A stretch of DNA of 62,644 nucleotides, the filler included, from Squatina squatina (lineage: Eukaryota): NCBI GenBank assembly GCA_031763465.1. It is 3 parts of 3 records of this genome, joined end to end, with 100 filler letters (N's around TTAATTAATTAA, not from the genome) between each part and the next. Parts side by side here need not be neighbours in the genome. Positions count along the whole stretch, not along the records: positions 43,932 to 62,644 come from JARFOE010000100.1; 2 more parts are not named here. One strand, given 5' to 3'. Within the stretch, counting starts at the first letter, position 1. Each line of letters begins with the position of its first letter. The notes beneath the pieces are model-generated. The model ran no database searches. It saw only the letters and a program-made list of their open reading frames with translations, and was not told the origin of the DNA. Of the stretch, positions 62,561-62,644 are shown one piece after another. The translations under genes were made by a program, and so were the position numbers.

Positions 62561-62644
62561 AGGTGCACACCGTTGGAATGCTGTTGCAGCCCAAGTAAAG
62601 TGCCACAAAAAGTTGCTACTTTTCACGAAGCATTAACAATTACC

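Overview
Vertebrate genomic DNA, very likely from a shark or other elasmobranch, judged by its CR1/HER1-type tails, DeuSINE-like SINEs, RTE, Penelope and Harbinger remnants. It is not contiguous: short contigs are joined mostly by 100-N gaps, and two artificial N44-TTAATTAATTAA-N44 linkers (30308-30407, 43832-43931) separate three unrelated scaffolds. Block 1 (1-30307) holds isolated exons of genes from the region homologous to human Xq/chicken 4p: CNGA2, intron-containing NUP62, the GABA-A beta4-alpha3-gamma4 cluster, a NIPA2-like Mg transporter, GLRA4 and a type II DGK (probably DGKK) ending in a SAM domain. It also carries several large minisatellites. Block 2 (30408-43831) is the conserved ADAMTSL2-FAM163B-DBH region. 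Block 3 (43932-62644) is ACVR2A on the minus strand, from promoter and start codon to last exon. The most notable observations are a structurally complete minimal hammerhead ribozyme in a Penelope remnant inside an ADAMTSL2 intron; a GC-AG donor in DBH followed by a G-rich array of donor-like motifs; a probable fourth NIPA2-family ohnolog; a DGKK candidate retaining a SAM domain; and minisatellites apparently amplified from SINE segments. Gene names come from my recollection of homologous proteins plus synteny; no database search was run. I found no convincing wholly new multi-gene system.
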